Shown in pieces: positions 20,610 through 61,860 of a stretch of DNA of 64,000 nucleotides. The translations under genes were made by a program, and so were the position numbers. The notes under the pieces were generated by a model. The model saw only the letters and a program-made list of their open reading frames with translations. It did not search any database and was not told the origin of the DNA. Numbering within the stretch: the first letter of the stretch is position 1; the number at the start of each line of letters is the position of its first letter. Origin of the DNA: Amphiscolops sp. MND2022 (Eukaryota); contig OZ076409.1 in the NCBI GenBank assembly GCA_964187785.1, positions 93,994,001 through 94,058,000 of the forward strand, written 5' to 3'.

Positions 20610-22327
20610 TTTAGAGAGAGAGAGGTTGTTCTTTGGAAAACTCGAATTCTTCAAAGAAATATGGGTTTTAGAAACGAAGTATCAGCGTAGCAAATTAAAA
20701 ATCGATTAACAGATTTTACATATTTCCAGGTATATATACTTTCATAGCATCATTTGTTCCTCACCTAAAAATTCCTAGGAATCCTTAGAATTGGCTTTGT
20801 TCATCAAAAATGCTTAATCATCTTTAATATTTCAACCCTTCAAATAATTATTCACGGTTTAAAATTCCTAGTTACGGCTCCCTTACGGAGTACTTTGTTG
20901 AAATCATTTTTGTTCATTATCATCATTTCCGGTTTGATCGCGGAAAAAGGCGGCAAAATGAAAGTCTAGTTGAATTTTCATCGAGAAAGGCACGCTGGCG
21001 TGATCAATGATTCATCTCGAGACTAGTAAAATCGTCTGTTCACGATAAAAGAATGACAAGCAAAACTGACTACGGAAATATCTCGGAGTGATTTTGGGTA
21101 AATGTGCTGAGAATATTTTGAAAAGAACAAATGATGCTGGAAAACGGTTAATATCGATCAAGAGCTGAGATAGCAAGCAACATAACACAAAATCATTTTG
21201 AGCTTCTGAACTAATTTTACATGTATTGGAACATAATGGTTTGATTAATACAGATCAATGGCTCATTTAGCCCAAAGAACATAACATGACCAATGTACAA
21301 AATGCCTTTTTCCAATATGGAGGAAAGCACCTTTCTTTTAGTAATTTCCTTTGTTTTAAACTGTAGTACGATCATTTTGACTAGTTATTAAGCAGAAACA
21401 ATCCGGAAAGGTATTAACTCAATGTTATGATATTTTGAACATTCCGTTTCAGTTCCGTATATCTTGATATAATAAAGCAATATTGGCCTTGCAGTTTTTT
21501 CCTTTAGTCGTTCTATATGTATTAACATTAGGCAAAACCTTGTCATTTTACAATTTGCTCCGTAAGCGCTCCGTACGTATTAAGATTAGGTATAGCTTCA
21601 TCGCATTGCAATTTGCTCTGTAAGCGCTCCGTACGTATTAAGATTAGGTATAGCTGAAGGGCGCTTGCTTGCGGAGACAGAGCGGACGGCATTAACAAAT
21701 TCATTCTTATTCTCTCGCTCAATTGGCGTTGCTATGGTAACTAGGAATGGTGAAAGACGACGCGATTGGTCCGTAAAAATAGAAACATCTACTCTTCAAT
21801 CAAGCTGAGTGACGCCGTCATTGCGTTGTAGATATTCTCTTAGGTTGCTTAACTGCATTCTTAAGTGGATATTCACAACTATTCAATCATTGGAAAACAA
21901 TTCCGCCATTCTCTTTGTATGTTCTTTCATTTTAGATTGTATGGATTCCGTTGGGACCTCGGAATCGAATTTCATTTTGATGTTTTCATTTTAGTGTGGA
22001 GAAGAAAAAAGGTCCCAAAGTTAGGAATGTTTTTAATTTGGTATTTAGATCTGTATGGAATTTTCAGCTGACGAAACCGGAAGTGACGGATCGGTTACGC
22101 ATGAAAACTTTATACCGGAAGTTTCGTTCCGTCTAAAAATCACTTTTGGCTATTTAACTTATCGCTTTCCTCAGACTTAATTCGTGCTACAGTTTGAACA
22201 AAGGTAGGTTATTGATTAAGGTTTACTTGTACTCATCTTTGCATTGTTCTTCCGTGGCCTTTGCCTCTTGAGAACTGCGGAATTCCTCCGCAGCAAGAAA
22301 AATCCCGACCGGGAGCGGGTCGTGACA
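20228..22327 (-). repeat. 5' LTR (2100 bp)
   Basis: Direct repeat of 6633..8733; includes ~58-bp internal tandem units CAATTTGCTCCGTAAGCGCTCCGTAC. Confidence 0.95.
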
Positions 22328-23990
22328 CATGATTCTAATTTTCAGTATTCTTTCAAGTAGTTTCCCAACGTAAGAAGATTTAGTTATAGGGCGATAGCTA
22401 CTAGTTTTAAGGTATAAGTCTTTCCCAGATTTTGGTATGAATATAACTTCATTGTTACCGAATGGCCAAATACTGCTTTCAAAAACTTTGTTGAACAGGG
22501 TAAGGAGGCGCTTGGACCCAAACGTATCAGCACAGCTGGATGAATTCCATCCGGATCTTCAGTCTTTGAACTTGGGTTTACTTCCTTCAGAGCTGTTTCC
22601 AGCTCGTTTTCCGATATTTCGTCAAAATTTTGCTGCATTTCCTCAGAGCGAGAAATGAAAGCAACTTGCTGTGTTACATGTTGATAGAAATTCTCATCGA
22701 AGTTTTTAGGTGTGAGATGGGTTCCTGATAAGAAGTCCCTGAAGAGCATATCTGCTCGATCTTTGTCATCCGTCACTAGTGCCCCATTGTTCAAAAGGAC
22801 TCCGAGTTGAGAGTTCGAGTGCTTACTGAAGAACTTTTTATACCTTTTCCAGAAGGTTTGGCCAGTGTTGTAATTCAAAGCTTCAGTTTCTTTTTCCAAC
22901 CATTTTGATTTGGCGTTTTGCAACTCGCAGTTAAAGAGTTCCTTAACTTGTCCGAGCTTGGTCAAGTTAATAGGATCTGAACGTTTCCTAGTGAGTTTAC
23001 GGAGACTTCTGAGTTCGCTCGACAGCTTGCACAGCTTCGGGTTCCAGTATGGTTTCGAGTGGACAGTGGAGCGTTTTACTGGCACACATCTTTCAACAGC
23101 TTCTCTCATAATGTCTCTCGTAATTTCCCACATGATTTCCGCGTTGTTGCTGGTTTCTAGCCACTGTTGTTGTTTGCTCTGACAAATCTGCTCGCTAACC
23201 TCCTGAAACCTATTCCAGTCTGTTTCTTGCCATTTTCTTATCATTGAGGATCTTGGTTCTTTCCATGGGTTTTGCTCGTCTAACGTGAAAATTATCGGGT
23301 AATGTCCTCTATTTGGAGCTCCTGTAAATAACTCTGTTTCGTAGTCAACAAATATTTTGGGATTCATGCGAGCCAGGCCTTCTGAAACTATACACAAATC
23401 GATCACACTGCTGCCATCGTCCACACAAGTGAACGTCCACACAAGGGTTGCCCATCGTTAAGAACATAGAGGTTATTTTCTATGATAACATTTGCTAATT
23501 TATTTCCACTACTGTTCCAGCTGTGATCACCCCACAATGGGTTTCTCGAATTGAAATCGCCCATGATTATCAATTCTTGACAGTGGTGAGATTTCAGAAA
23601 AGTGTTTGCTTCATTTGTGCATCTGACAAGTGCGTCTTCACTGTCGCGGCAGTTTGGTCTGACATAAACACTACCGAATAAAACTGTTTTGTTAAGAATT
23701 TTCAGGACACACCAAGTTTCGTCAATAAATCCACCGCCAAAACCGGCAATTTTCGTTGACTTATTGGACTCATTTACGACAATTGCTGCTCCACCTTGTC
23801 TGCTTGGGTTGGCACTTTTGTTTTTGTGGTGTCATTTTTGGATGGAATACATCCGGTGATAAGACATCTTTCTTTGTTTCCGATATCGAAGCAACCTCAA
23901 TTTTGTTTGTGAAGAAGTAAGAATCCAATAAAATGCGGCTCGTTTCTGATAGTCCATTGATATTTACCGTTAATAGCCTAAAACCTGAAT
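22328..23990 (-). mobile_element. 5' part of the interrupted LINE ORF2 (AP endonuclease and linker)
   Basis: LTVNINGL..ISET, GDFNSR, SVIDL, HYPI, KPYWNP, DPDGIHP, RPI-LL-YVGKLLERIL; several frameshifts. Confidence 0.85.
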
Positions 23991-24737
23991 GCTTGTCTGG
24001 AGAATGACAGTACGGTGTGTTTTACCTCATGTGCTTTAAACATGCCGGACCAACAATGCCTACATTTAATTTCACAAGTAGAACCCTGTGAAAGTTAGGT
24101 CTTGCCTTTTGCACACAAATAAGTAGCGACTGTGAGGAGAAAACTTGGTCAACTAAAAAAAATGAGCAGAACAAAATTTCGTTTCACAACTGCAAGTCAT
24201 TATTCTCATGTCTGTCCATCGAATAGGGAACGGAGGGAGAACGGACGGGTGGGCACAAACTACGATCTAAGGAATAAGATCGAAACGCACTTCTGTAACT
24301 AAGATCTAAAGAACTAAGATCTAAATGTCATTTTTCGTAACTAAGATCTAGAGAATGCCAGCTCCCGAATCGTAACTAAAGTCTAAATTTCAGACGTTAT
24401 TCCCGTTTTAATTTCCGTTATTCCCATTTTTTAAATGTTACGGGTAAAGTATAAAATGCTTTAAAGTATAAAACGTGCCTCAGATATGTCCCCATCTCTT
24501 CTAGTGCCCTGCGGCCCCAAGGGGCCGCGGGGCACTAGACGAAATGGGGACATATCCGAGGCACGATATATGTAATATATTTTTTTTCCGTAATTTTTCG
24601 ATCTTATTCCATTCGATCTTATTCCATTCGATCTTAGGCGATGAACGATTTCATTCGATCTTATTCCGTTCGATCTTATTCCATTTTCGTATTTTCGATC
24701 TTATTCTTTCGATCTTATTCCGTTCTCCTGAACGGAA

Positions 24738-25683
24738 GGGGAAACGGAAATCGGACTAAAGAAATAGAACTAATGGAATTAGGACTAACATGCTCAAAAT
24801 TTCTGAAACGTTCATGTGAAATAGAACTAATTTCGTATATTCTCAAACAGGAATTAGAACTAATTTGTTACGGGAATTGGAACTAAAAACAGGAATTAGA
24901 ACTAATTTGTTACGGGAATTGGAACTTAAAAAGTGGGAATAGGACCTAAAATGCGGAGTGAGACCCAAGGGGAGAACGGAATAGTATCTAAAGGTATAAT
25001 ATCTAAAATTTTTCAAAGTATAAAACATGCCTCTGATATTTCCTCATTTCCTCTAGTGCCCCGCAGCCCCTTGGGGCCGCTTATGTTACCATCTTGCTAA
25101 GCGAGGTCGAACAGGAGCAAAGACCTAGCGGGAACGGAGATCGCGAAGCGATCGTAGTGGAAGCTGGTCTTTGCGACGGTGAGGGCGAGCGTGCATACAC
25201 CGAATATGCCCCCACATTAGAAGGGGAAAGTACTGAAAATTTTGTGAGTCATTTACGAAACGTAAAATTTTATTCTTGAATAAAATGATTTGAGATCTGA
25301 CTATTTTATAAAATCAATGGAAGGAGAAAAATAATGATTGTATCAATTTTTTATTGATCAATTGTATTACGTTACTTTTGTACTACTTTCATTGTACTAC
25401 CACAAAATTTGAATTTTGTACCATGTTTTTATCCGCTTCTGCGTTTTTTTTTGCTGTACCTTTTTTTATGTTAGATGTTTACAATGGAACTTGTCGTGAT
25501 TTTGTCAATTCGATCTACGTAATTGCAAATTTTTCGTGCCAAAAGTTGTTTTAGTCCTATTTCAATTAGTCCTATTTCCATTAGTTCTAAGGCGGCACAA
25601 AAAAAGAATTAGTCATATTTCCATTAGTCCTATTTCAGTTTTGATTATTAGTCCTATTTCATTAGTCCGAATTCCTGTCTCCC
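24738..25683. mobile_element. ~950-bp TIR MITE (second copy ~26674..27668)
   Basis: GGGGAAACGGAAATCGGACTA..TAGTCCGAATTCCTGTCTCCC; 8-bp direct repeat GAACGGAA on both sides. Confidence 0.7.
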
Positions 25684-25929
25684 GAACGGAATAAGACCTA
25701 CGGAATAAGACCTAAATCGAAAACGAGAATAAGACCTAAGAATTCTTTCATTTTTCGGGAATAAGACCTAAAGTTTTAGGTCTTATTCCTGTTTTTTAGG
25801 TCCTATTCCTGTTCAATGGTATTAATTGTTTTTCAAGTTTTTCAGTCGATATGGAATTCGAAATAATTGAGGGTAAAAGAAAAGGATCCAAGGTGTACTG
25901 CTCAGCAGGACACATTTATATAAAGAATA

Positions 25930-26461
25930 TTGAGTATAAAGGGAAATTACTTCCTTAACAAACTGAAATCTGTTGCCAAAGCTTCTCATTTGGAAATAAT
26001 ACAACTTGGTCAGGGTATTTTGACGCGCCGATATAAGCGCAAATCCAGCAAAATTATTGATCGATACATCAGCGAAGCTGAACAAAAATTACAAGAAGAG
26101 AGGTATACAAGCATGGAATTTCTGAAAGTCGTTGCTCTTGTCACTGAGAAATCATTTGACAAAAAACCAATCTGCTCAGGCTGAGGAAATTGAAAATGAA
26201 GAGAATGATGAAATGATGAATTCAATTTCTCCTGATGAATCTCCTGATGAATTCAATTTCGGTCTCGACTGCGAAGAGATGGAACTAACGGACTTCACGT
26301 TCTGCAGTTTCTGCGAGACCCAAAAGATTGAATTCTGCGCAACTCCGTGTGGGCATATGCTCTGCACTTTGTGCATTGAGCAACAAAGTTGCCCTAAATG
26401 TCATCTATCAATCGTGTCACGCTTTGCAATTTTTTTTCGATGCCTGATAACTGTGTCTTAA
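25930..26461 (+). pseudogene. MULE-transposase-like C-terminal remnant with RING finger
   Basis: CSFC..PCGHMLCTLC..CPKC (C3HC4 RING); upstream broken frame NKLKSVAKASHLEIIQL resembles MULE C-termini; flanked by inverted repeat arrays. Confidence 0.5.
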
Positions 26462-27845
26462 TTCTTTAATTAAGGAATTAATTCTGGCCTCAAACGCCTT
26501 TTTAGGTCTTATTCCCCATTTTAGGTCTTATTCCTGATTTTTTAGGTCTTATTCCTCTATTTTTCATTTTAGGTCTTATTCCTTTGGGTCTTATTCCTTT
26601 TGAATTTTTAGGTCTTATTCCTTAGGTCTTAGTCCTGGTCACCGGGAACGGAATGGGGAAGCGGAAATCGGACGGGGAAACGGAAATCGGACTAAAGAAA
26701 TAGAACTAATGGAATTAGGACTAACATGCTCAAAATTTCTTGAACGTTCATGTGAAATAGAACTAATTTCGTATTTTCTCAAACAGGAATTAGAACTAAT
26801 TTGTTACGGGAATTGGAACTGAAAACAGGAATTGGAAATAATTTGTTACGGGAATTGGAAAAAAGTGGGAATCAGACCTGAATGCGGAATGCGACCCAAG
26901 GGGAGAACGGAAAAGTATCTAAAAGGAATAATATCTACTGAAGTTTTCAAAGTATAAAACGTGCCTCTGATATTTCCCCATTTCCTCTAGTGCCCCGCGG
27001 CCCCTTGGGGCCGCTTATGTTCCCATCTTGCTAAGCGAGGTCGAACAGGAGCAAAGACCTAGCGGGAACGGAGATCGCGAAGCGATCGTAGTGGGAGCTG
27101 GTCTTTGCGACGGTGAGGGCGAGCGTGCATACATCGAATGTGCTCCCACAGCAGGGAAAGTACTGAAAATTTACGAAACGTAAAATTTTATTCTTGAATG
27201 AAATGATTTGAGATCTGACTCTTTTATAGAATCAAGGGAAGGAGAAAAATAATGATTGTATCAATTTCATGTTGATCAATTGTATTACGTTACTTTTGTA
27301 CTACAAAAGTAACGTAATACAATTGATCAACATGAAATTGATACAATCCTTATTTTATCATTTACTACTTTCATGTTCCACGTTTCCAATTTGCTTTTTT
27401 GTACCATTGTTTTATCCGCTTCTGCGTTTTTTTTTGTTGTACTACTTTTATGTTCGATGTTTACTACAATTGAACATGTCGTGATTTTGTCAATTTAATC
27501 TACGTATTTGCAAATTTTGCGTTCCAAAAGTTGTTTTAGTCGTATTTCAATTAGTCCTAGTTCCATTAGTTCTAAGGCGGCACTAAAAAAGAATTAGTCC
27601 TATTTCCATTAGTCCTATTTCAGTTTTGATCATTAGTCCTATTTCAATAGTCCGAATTCCTGTCTCCCGGCACAAACTACGATCCAAGGAATAAGATCGA
27701 AACGCACTTCTGTAACTAAGATCTAAAGAACTAAGATCTAAATGTCATTTTTTGTAACTAAGATCTAGGGAATGCCAGCTCCCGAATCGTAACTAACGTC
27801 TAAATTTCTGGAGGTTATTCCGGTTTTTTAGACGTTATTCCCGTT

Positions 27846-28195
27846 TTTTAGTCGGCGCTTTTCGTAGAAAAACGCAGACTATAGTAGTGACTTTTTTTAA
27901 GACCAACGAAGTGACAGATTTTATGAGCTTTATAAGCTGATTTGAACTAACACTAAATGCCACACTATTTCTACAGGCACTTGAGATAGAGGTTAATTAG
28001 GCTTGTTTTGAGGTCCCCTTTTACATTTTTCGGCACTATGCGACTTCCCGGAGACTTCCCAAAAAATGAAAAAAATTCGATTTTTTTTTCAATTTTTTCC
28101 TCATACGGGTACTGTAGAAGAGAATACCCAACACTTTGAAGTCCTTTTGCTATTTTGAGCCTTAGTTATGGCGCCGACTTGTGCCGTTCCCGGCC
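27846..28195 (+). mobile_element. Helentron-like family A copy
   Basis: TTTTTAGTCGGCGC..GGCGCCGACTTGTGCCGTTCCCGGC. Confidence 0.6.
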
Positions 28196-28829
28196 TAATG
28201 GATGTTATTCCCAATTTGGAATTGATTTGAGGTATAAAACGGTCCTCGAATATGTCCTACCAAACCAAAGCCATGTGAACAAAGTCTGAAAGATCATTGT
28301 TTTTCAATCAATAAAGCCTGAATAATAAGTCAGAATTTGCCGGCAAATACGTAAAGTTTAAAGAAGTCAAAAGCCCCTCTACCATTGAGTTTTTGGTTGT
28401 AGTAGTGGTCTTATTATGACCCATAATAAGTGTCGGACACCATTTGAGTTCTTTGGCTGTAGTATTGGTCTTATTATGACACCATTTGCGTTTTTTGTTT
28501 TCGTTGTTTGGTTATATCATTTGTCTCCTATTTTCTCAGATCTTATTCCCTTCAGGTGTCTTAGATTTTAGGCGTTAGATCTTATTCCGTTTTCCACAAC
28601 GAAACTAAACTTCTTGCCTGACTATAAATAGACTACAGCAGTTGACATTTTAGTTCTGGTGGAAATGTTTGTCACAAAGACCTTGAAATTGAGTTTTCAC
28701 TACACTTAAGCAAAGAGCTTTCGAACCAATAACGGGAAGACCTATGGGAGGAATTACCGTCGGCGTTAGTAAATGCTTGAGAGTGACGGTGAAAATTACT
28801 GCTTCAGACCATCAGTTCCTAGATGTTGA

Positions 28830-29067
28830 ACTGGAATCTCTAAATTTTCGTATTATTGGAGCCAGTTACTGAATTCGATCAATGTTTTCACGTCTCGCTG
28901 ACTTAATACTGAAAACCAATTGTACTACAGTGCTATGTGGAGATTTCAGCTGTAGGTTTGACCAAAATAACACCCGTGGTGAAGAGTTGGTTGATGCTTC
29001 AAATTCTTTGACATTGGAATGTCTCAATGATTTAGATGAACCAACGTATTATGCTCGACTTTATTAA
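28830..29067 (+). pseudogene. LINE AP-endonuclease fragment
   Basis: VLCGDFS..RGEELVD..LECLND..PTY. Confidence 0.55.
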
Positions 29068-29999
29068 AAATTTAAAACTTATTCCCTTTAGATCTTATCA
29101 TTTAGAGGAGGAATAAGTTCTATAATTTAAAAAAAAATTATATCTTATTCCCGTTAGATCCTTTTCCAGTCCTGAAATTTTAGATTTTGTTCCGTTTTTG
29201 ACTTTACATCTTATCATTTAGATCTTATTCAAGTCCTGAAATTTTAGATTTTATTCTGTACTTCCGAATTAGAATAAACATGGTGAAGTAAGAAGAAGAT
29301 TATTTCAATTAGCCTTCATAGTCTTTTTAAACTTTTTGCAACATTCATGTAAAATAGAACAATTTTCATTTTTTACATCGATAAAATTCAATTGTAAATG
29401 TCAGGTGCAAGGGCATTTCTTCCACTATAAAAATACATCAATGAAAGGCGGTATAATCCACTGAATCAAATAGATCTACCCAATATTAAGCATGTATGTG
29501 GGAGACATCTGCCTAGCATCCCATCTAAAAAGGGTATTTCCAAAAAAGTGTTCATTCAGTTTGGGTTTTATCGAGGAACTTCCCCTATGAAAAACTTCAA
29601 TGGCGTCTTTTAGAGAAAATCCAATTTTGTGGTTTTGTGAGGATTTTTTTGTGAGAATACTTACAGAAATCGAAATCTCCTATTCCTATTCGGTTGAGAT
29701 CAAGTGGTGGTCAAGATACCCGACGAATCCAATAGTTCCAATAATTAATTCCATCTTGGCATTTGATCTGCGAAATCCGCAATCGTTGTTGCAAATCGAG
29801 CAGGAGAAACGACCTAGTGTAAGCGATGATTGCATACAAATTGAGTGGTAGCTTGTCTTTTTAAGGCCTAGAGCTAGTGTGCATACAAATAAAAAAACAC
29901 TGTATTCGACCTTTGTTGCTAAAACATGAAAAATAGTTTTAAAACAAAGCAGTGTGAGTTTAAAATAGTGTACAGATAAGAGATTTAAAAATATTCAAG

Positions 30000-30300
30000 T
30001 TATATAGGCAGAAAATGATCATTAAAGAAATCTAAATTCTTTCCAACACTTCCGGGTAAATTCGGGTATGTCAACTTCAGTTTTATATTCTCGAGAAAGA
30101 TGTGTTTGAATATTCTTTTAGCTGTGATGTAAGTGAATTGTTTTGTTTTCAATTCTTCTGGTAAAGTATTCCATATTTTGACCACGCTGTTGAAAAAACT
30201 ATGTTTCAAGAAAGTAGTTTTTGGTGTGACGTCGATATATTCTTTTGCTAATGCCGGTGCGTGCTTTCATTTAAGGAGACTATCTTTCGAGCTTGTTAAG
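30000..30300 (-). pseudogene. CR1/L2-type LINE 3' end fragment
   Basis: SFFNSVVKIWNTLPEEL is typical of CR1/L2 ORF2 C-termini. Confidence 0.5.
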
Positions 30301-30341
30301 ACTTTGTGATGCTTCTCATCATTATCAGTGGCAATTCATAT

Positions 30342-30355
30342 CTTACTATTGCAAC
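30342..30355. promoter_or_regulatory. Candidate RFX X-box of the TMEM237-like gene
   Basis: CTTACTATTGCAAC (reverse GTTGCAATAGTAAG), imperfect X-box ~150 nt upstream of the ATG of a ciliary gene. Confidence 0.4.
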
Positions 30356-30501
30356 CCAGAATGTACAAAATTGTGAGAATGTCTCAAACAAAACCTGGTC
30401 TGGTTACTTTCAGATTACGAATTGTTAGTTTTTCGAAGTTTTTGTCGTCAACTTGATGAAGTGCAATTGAATTGGGAAGACCATATCGAGGAGCAGTCAC
30501 A

Positions 30502-59076
<28,575 letters not shown>

Positions 59077-59103
59077 TTGAAACTCCTTTGATCAGCTAGA
59101 GTC

Positions 59104-59655
59104 TTTTTAGTCGGCGCGTTTCTAGTGGAAAGTGCCCGACTATTACAGTGGCTAGTTTTTTTTTCGTCAGACCACAGACCTCATCGAGTATGTACCTCTT
59201 TTTAGTACAGACTTTACTCGGTTTACGGTGAACCCAGCGGTCACGGGTTCGAGTCCTTGCTTTAGCCAGAAACTTTTTCGAGCATTTTCGAAAGCGGACG
59301 AGACTGAAGTGTCCCCTCTTTCAATTTTTTCGGCACTGTGCGACTTTTTTTGCCTTCAGAGGGTCCCACCTTCAAGTTTTTTTTGATATTTTGCAGCAAA
59401 CTAAAGTGCCAAAAAGCCCAAAGGGCCTCCCCTTTCAAGTATTTCGGCACTACGAGACAGCTCAAAATTCTCATTTTTTTCGAAAATTTCAAAAAAAATC
59501 GATTTTTTGTCTCCAAAGGGTCCCCCTTCAATTTTTTTGATATTTTGCAACCAACTGGATTTTCAACAAGCCCGAAGGGTCCCCTTTTACAGTTTTAAAA
59601 ACTTTTCGCTTTTTGAGCCTTAGATATAGCGCCGACTTTAGACGTTCCCGTTTTG
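59104..59655 (+). mobile_element. Helentron-like family A copy (inverse of ~43325..43815)
   Basis: TTTTTAGTCGGCGCG..GAGCCTTAGATATAGCGCCGACTTTAGACGTTCCCG. Confidence 0.6.
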
Positions 59656-59787
59656 TTTCAGTCAGCGCTTTTTCCCCTAAGTAAAAAAAGCCCGACTATT
59701 ACAGTGGGTTGGTTTTTCTTCAGTTCACTCTGAATGGTCCACTTTTTTGTTCCTTTGTTCAACTTTTTAGCCGAGATATTTTAGTTT

Positions 59788-59890
59788 GGATATAACATTT
59801 CCAAAGTTCGGATATAACGTCTTCAAAGTTCGGATGTAACGTTTCCAAAGTTCGAATGTAACGTTTTCAAAGTTCCGATATAACGTTTTC
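59788..59890 (+). repeat. ~22-bp minisatellite, ~5 units
   Basis: GGATATAACGTTTCCAAAGTTC variants. Confidence 0.7.
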
Positions 59891-60486
59891 ATTTCTCGTA
59901 GAGCATTATCGATTTTTTCCCAAACTTCACAGTTTGTTCAGCCTTAGATACGGCGACGATATATCCGAAGTAAGTTGCGTTCTACAAGGGAGGAGACCGA
60001 GGTTCAAAAAAGCGCTCCCACGTGACCCAGCTCGCTATATCCGAGCCTCTGACGTTATATCCGAGATAAATTGCGTTCTACTAAGGAGAAAGTGGAGCGG
60101 TTCTACTAATGGAAGGAAAAAAGTCTACCGTTTTTTCGGCACTGCGTTTTTTCCGAAAAAAATCATTCAGTCAAATGGTACCCCCATCACTTTTTTAAAA
60201 CGTTTTTGACAGAGAAAGCGTATTGCGAAATTAGAGGGTCTCCTTTTATGGTTTTCGGCACTCTGAGACTTTTTTATCACTGAGTCACGATGCTCAAGGT
60301 TTTTTGGAGACACCCTTAGGATTTAGTGAGTGATTCGAATTTAGTCAAACATTGAAATGGAAGCCAGTTTTGGAACTGAATTCGATCAAAATAGGCAGCA
60401 CTGACCAAAGTTAGGACCTAATACTCGTGGTTTGCAAATCGCATTTTTCTGTATTTTTGTTTGCATCAATTTCTATCTAACCAACG

Positions 60487-61860
60487 GCTCCATATAAAGT
60501 TCGCCAAATAATGTTCGCCAAGATTAAAGTTCGCCATGATTAAAGTTAGCCATGAATGAAGTTCGCCAACCAAAATGAACGTATAGCAGCGTGACGCAAG
60601 CAATATTTTGAAATGATTCTCAAGCAGCAGCGAAGATGCGCATTACGTAACATCAATTTGAGTCAACTGTCAATCATTTAACCATTTAACACTACGTGAC
60701 GTCAAAACAAAAATGATGAATTTCACACGCACTATTGCATAACTTTTTGAGGTCAAATCGAACAAATCAGTAGCAGTACCTAACGTCAAACTATAATTTC
60801 GATACACCAAGAAACACAATCAGATGCGTTGCATCTCGCTGAGTTTGTACTTCGATGGGACATTGCTTTTTTGTCAAAGGCTTTGACCATTATCTAAAGG
60901 GTTAGCCAGCCCTATTCCTAGCGTACTTCCAATCTTACAAGAGACAAAGTTTCTTGGATTAAACTACAACGAGTCATAGTAATGTTCTAAGACGCTAACG
61001 GGAGGAAGCAAGGAGGCGTCAGACAGAAAAGCAATTATCCCATCGATCTTTAAAATACAAAGAAAAAATAAACAAAACTTGAGTCAGCATTTAAGGATTA
61101 ATTTGAAACTCAATTAAATTTTTGTAAGTTACAAGCAACACCATCCAAATGCATCATTCGTTGTATTTTGCTGTTCCAAAACTCAAAGTCGCTAATTACC
61201 GTCTTAGGCTTTAAATGACTGATTAAAGCAAATAATTGTCCGTAGCGTTCCTGTGTCTTGTTTGGCAGCAATGCGTTTATCATCGATACGAGGCTGCCGT
61301 AAATATTGCAATGTATTGTGAAAAGCTAAAAAAAACAACTTTGGGCAAACTTTGAACGTTCCATCAATTTGCCAATCTTGGAAGTCTCTCATGGTCTCAA
61401 GGTTTTTAGCTGTTGCAAAAACAATTATTCGGTTTTCTTCAAATCCGCTGTCGTGAAATTTTCTCCAGCCTCGGTCATAATTTTGGGTAGTTGATAGTCT
61501 TTGCGGGAAAACGGATTTGTCTTCGCAATTACTAAGGTTTTCTTTCCATTGTATATAATAGGTGCTAACAAAAGGTGCTTATTGCTTTAATTGTTTAATT
61601 GACTGATATCCGGTTTCAGTGCATTTTAATTCCAATGCGCACGCGAAACTAATTTAGCAGTGAAAGGCGTGAAAGCACTTTTAGGTGTGAAAGTCTGGTG
61701 GCACATGGCTAACTTTAATGATTTTAATTTTTGCTAACTTTACTTTTGGCGAACTTTAATCGTGGCGAACTTTAATCGTGGCGAACTTTAATCCTGGCGA
61801 ACTTTATTTGGCGATCTTAAGCTTGGCTAACTTTAATTTGACGAACTTTAACGCTCTCCT
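60487..61860 (-). mobile_element. Deleted MULE/MuDR element with decayed transposase
   Basis: Inverted AAAGTTCGCCA arrays at both ends; minus strand HDSGFEENRIIVFATAKNLETMRDFQDWQIDGTFKVCPKLF (MULE first-Asp motif). Confidence 0.75.

Larger units (their letters stand above)
6633..22327 (-). mobile_element. Full-length Ty3/Gypsy LTR retrotransposon (15.7 kb) with accessory genes
   Basis: Two ~2.1 kb LTRs with TG..CA ends, 5-bp TSD CATGA (6628-6632 and 22328-22332), PBS, gag, and PR-RT-RH-IN domain order. Confidence 0.95.
24226..28600. mobile_element. Nest of MULE-like foldback elements built from GAATAAGATCTAA/GAATAAGACCTAA sub-repeats
   Basis: Repeated GG..AACGGAA termini, inverted arrays of short repeats, duplicated left arm at 24253 and 27669. 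Confidence 0.6.

Noticed and set aside
14033..20709. Short + strand ORFs opposite gag/pol
   Set aside because: Antisense shadows of the coding frames with no independent motifs or splice structure.
24260..26640. CRISPR-like look of short regularly spaced repeats (also 60495-60570, 61700-61850, 62815-62945)
   Set aside because: Units are degenerate, arranged as inverted arrays at element ends, lack unique constant-length spacers and cas genes; context is eukaryotic.
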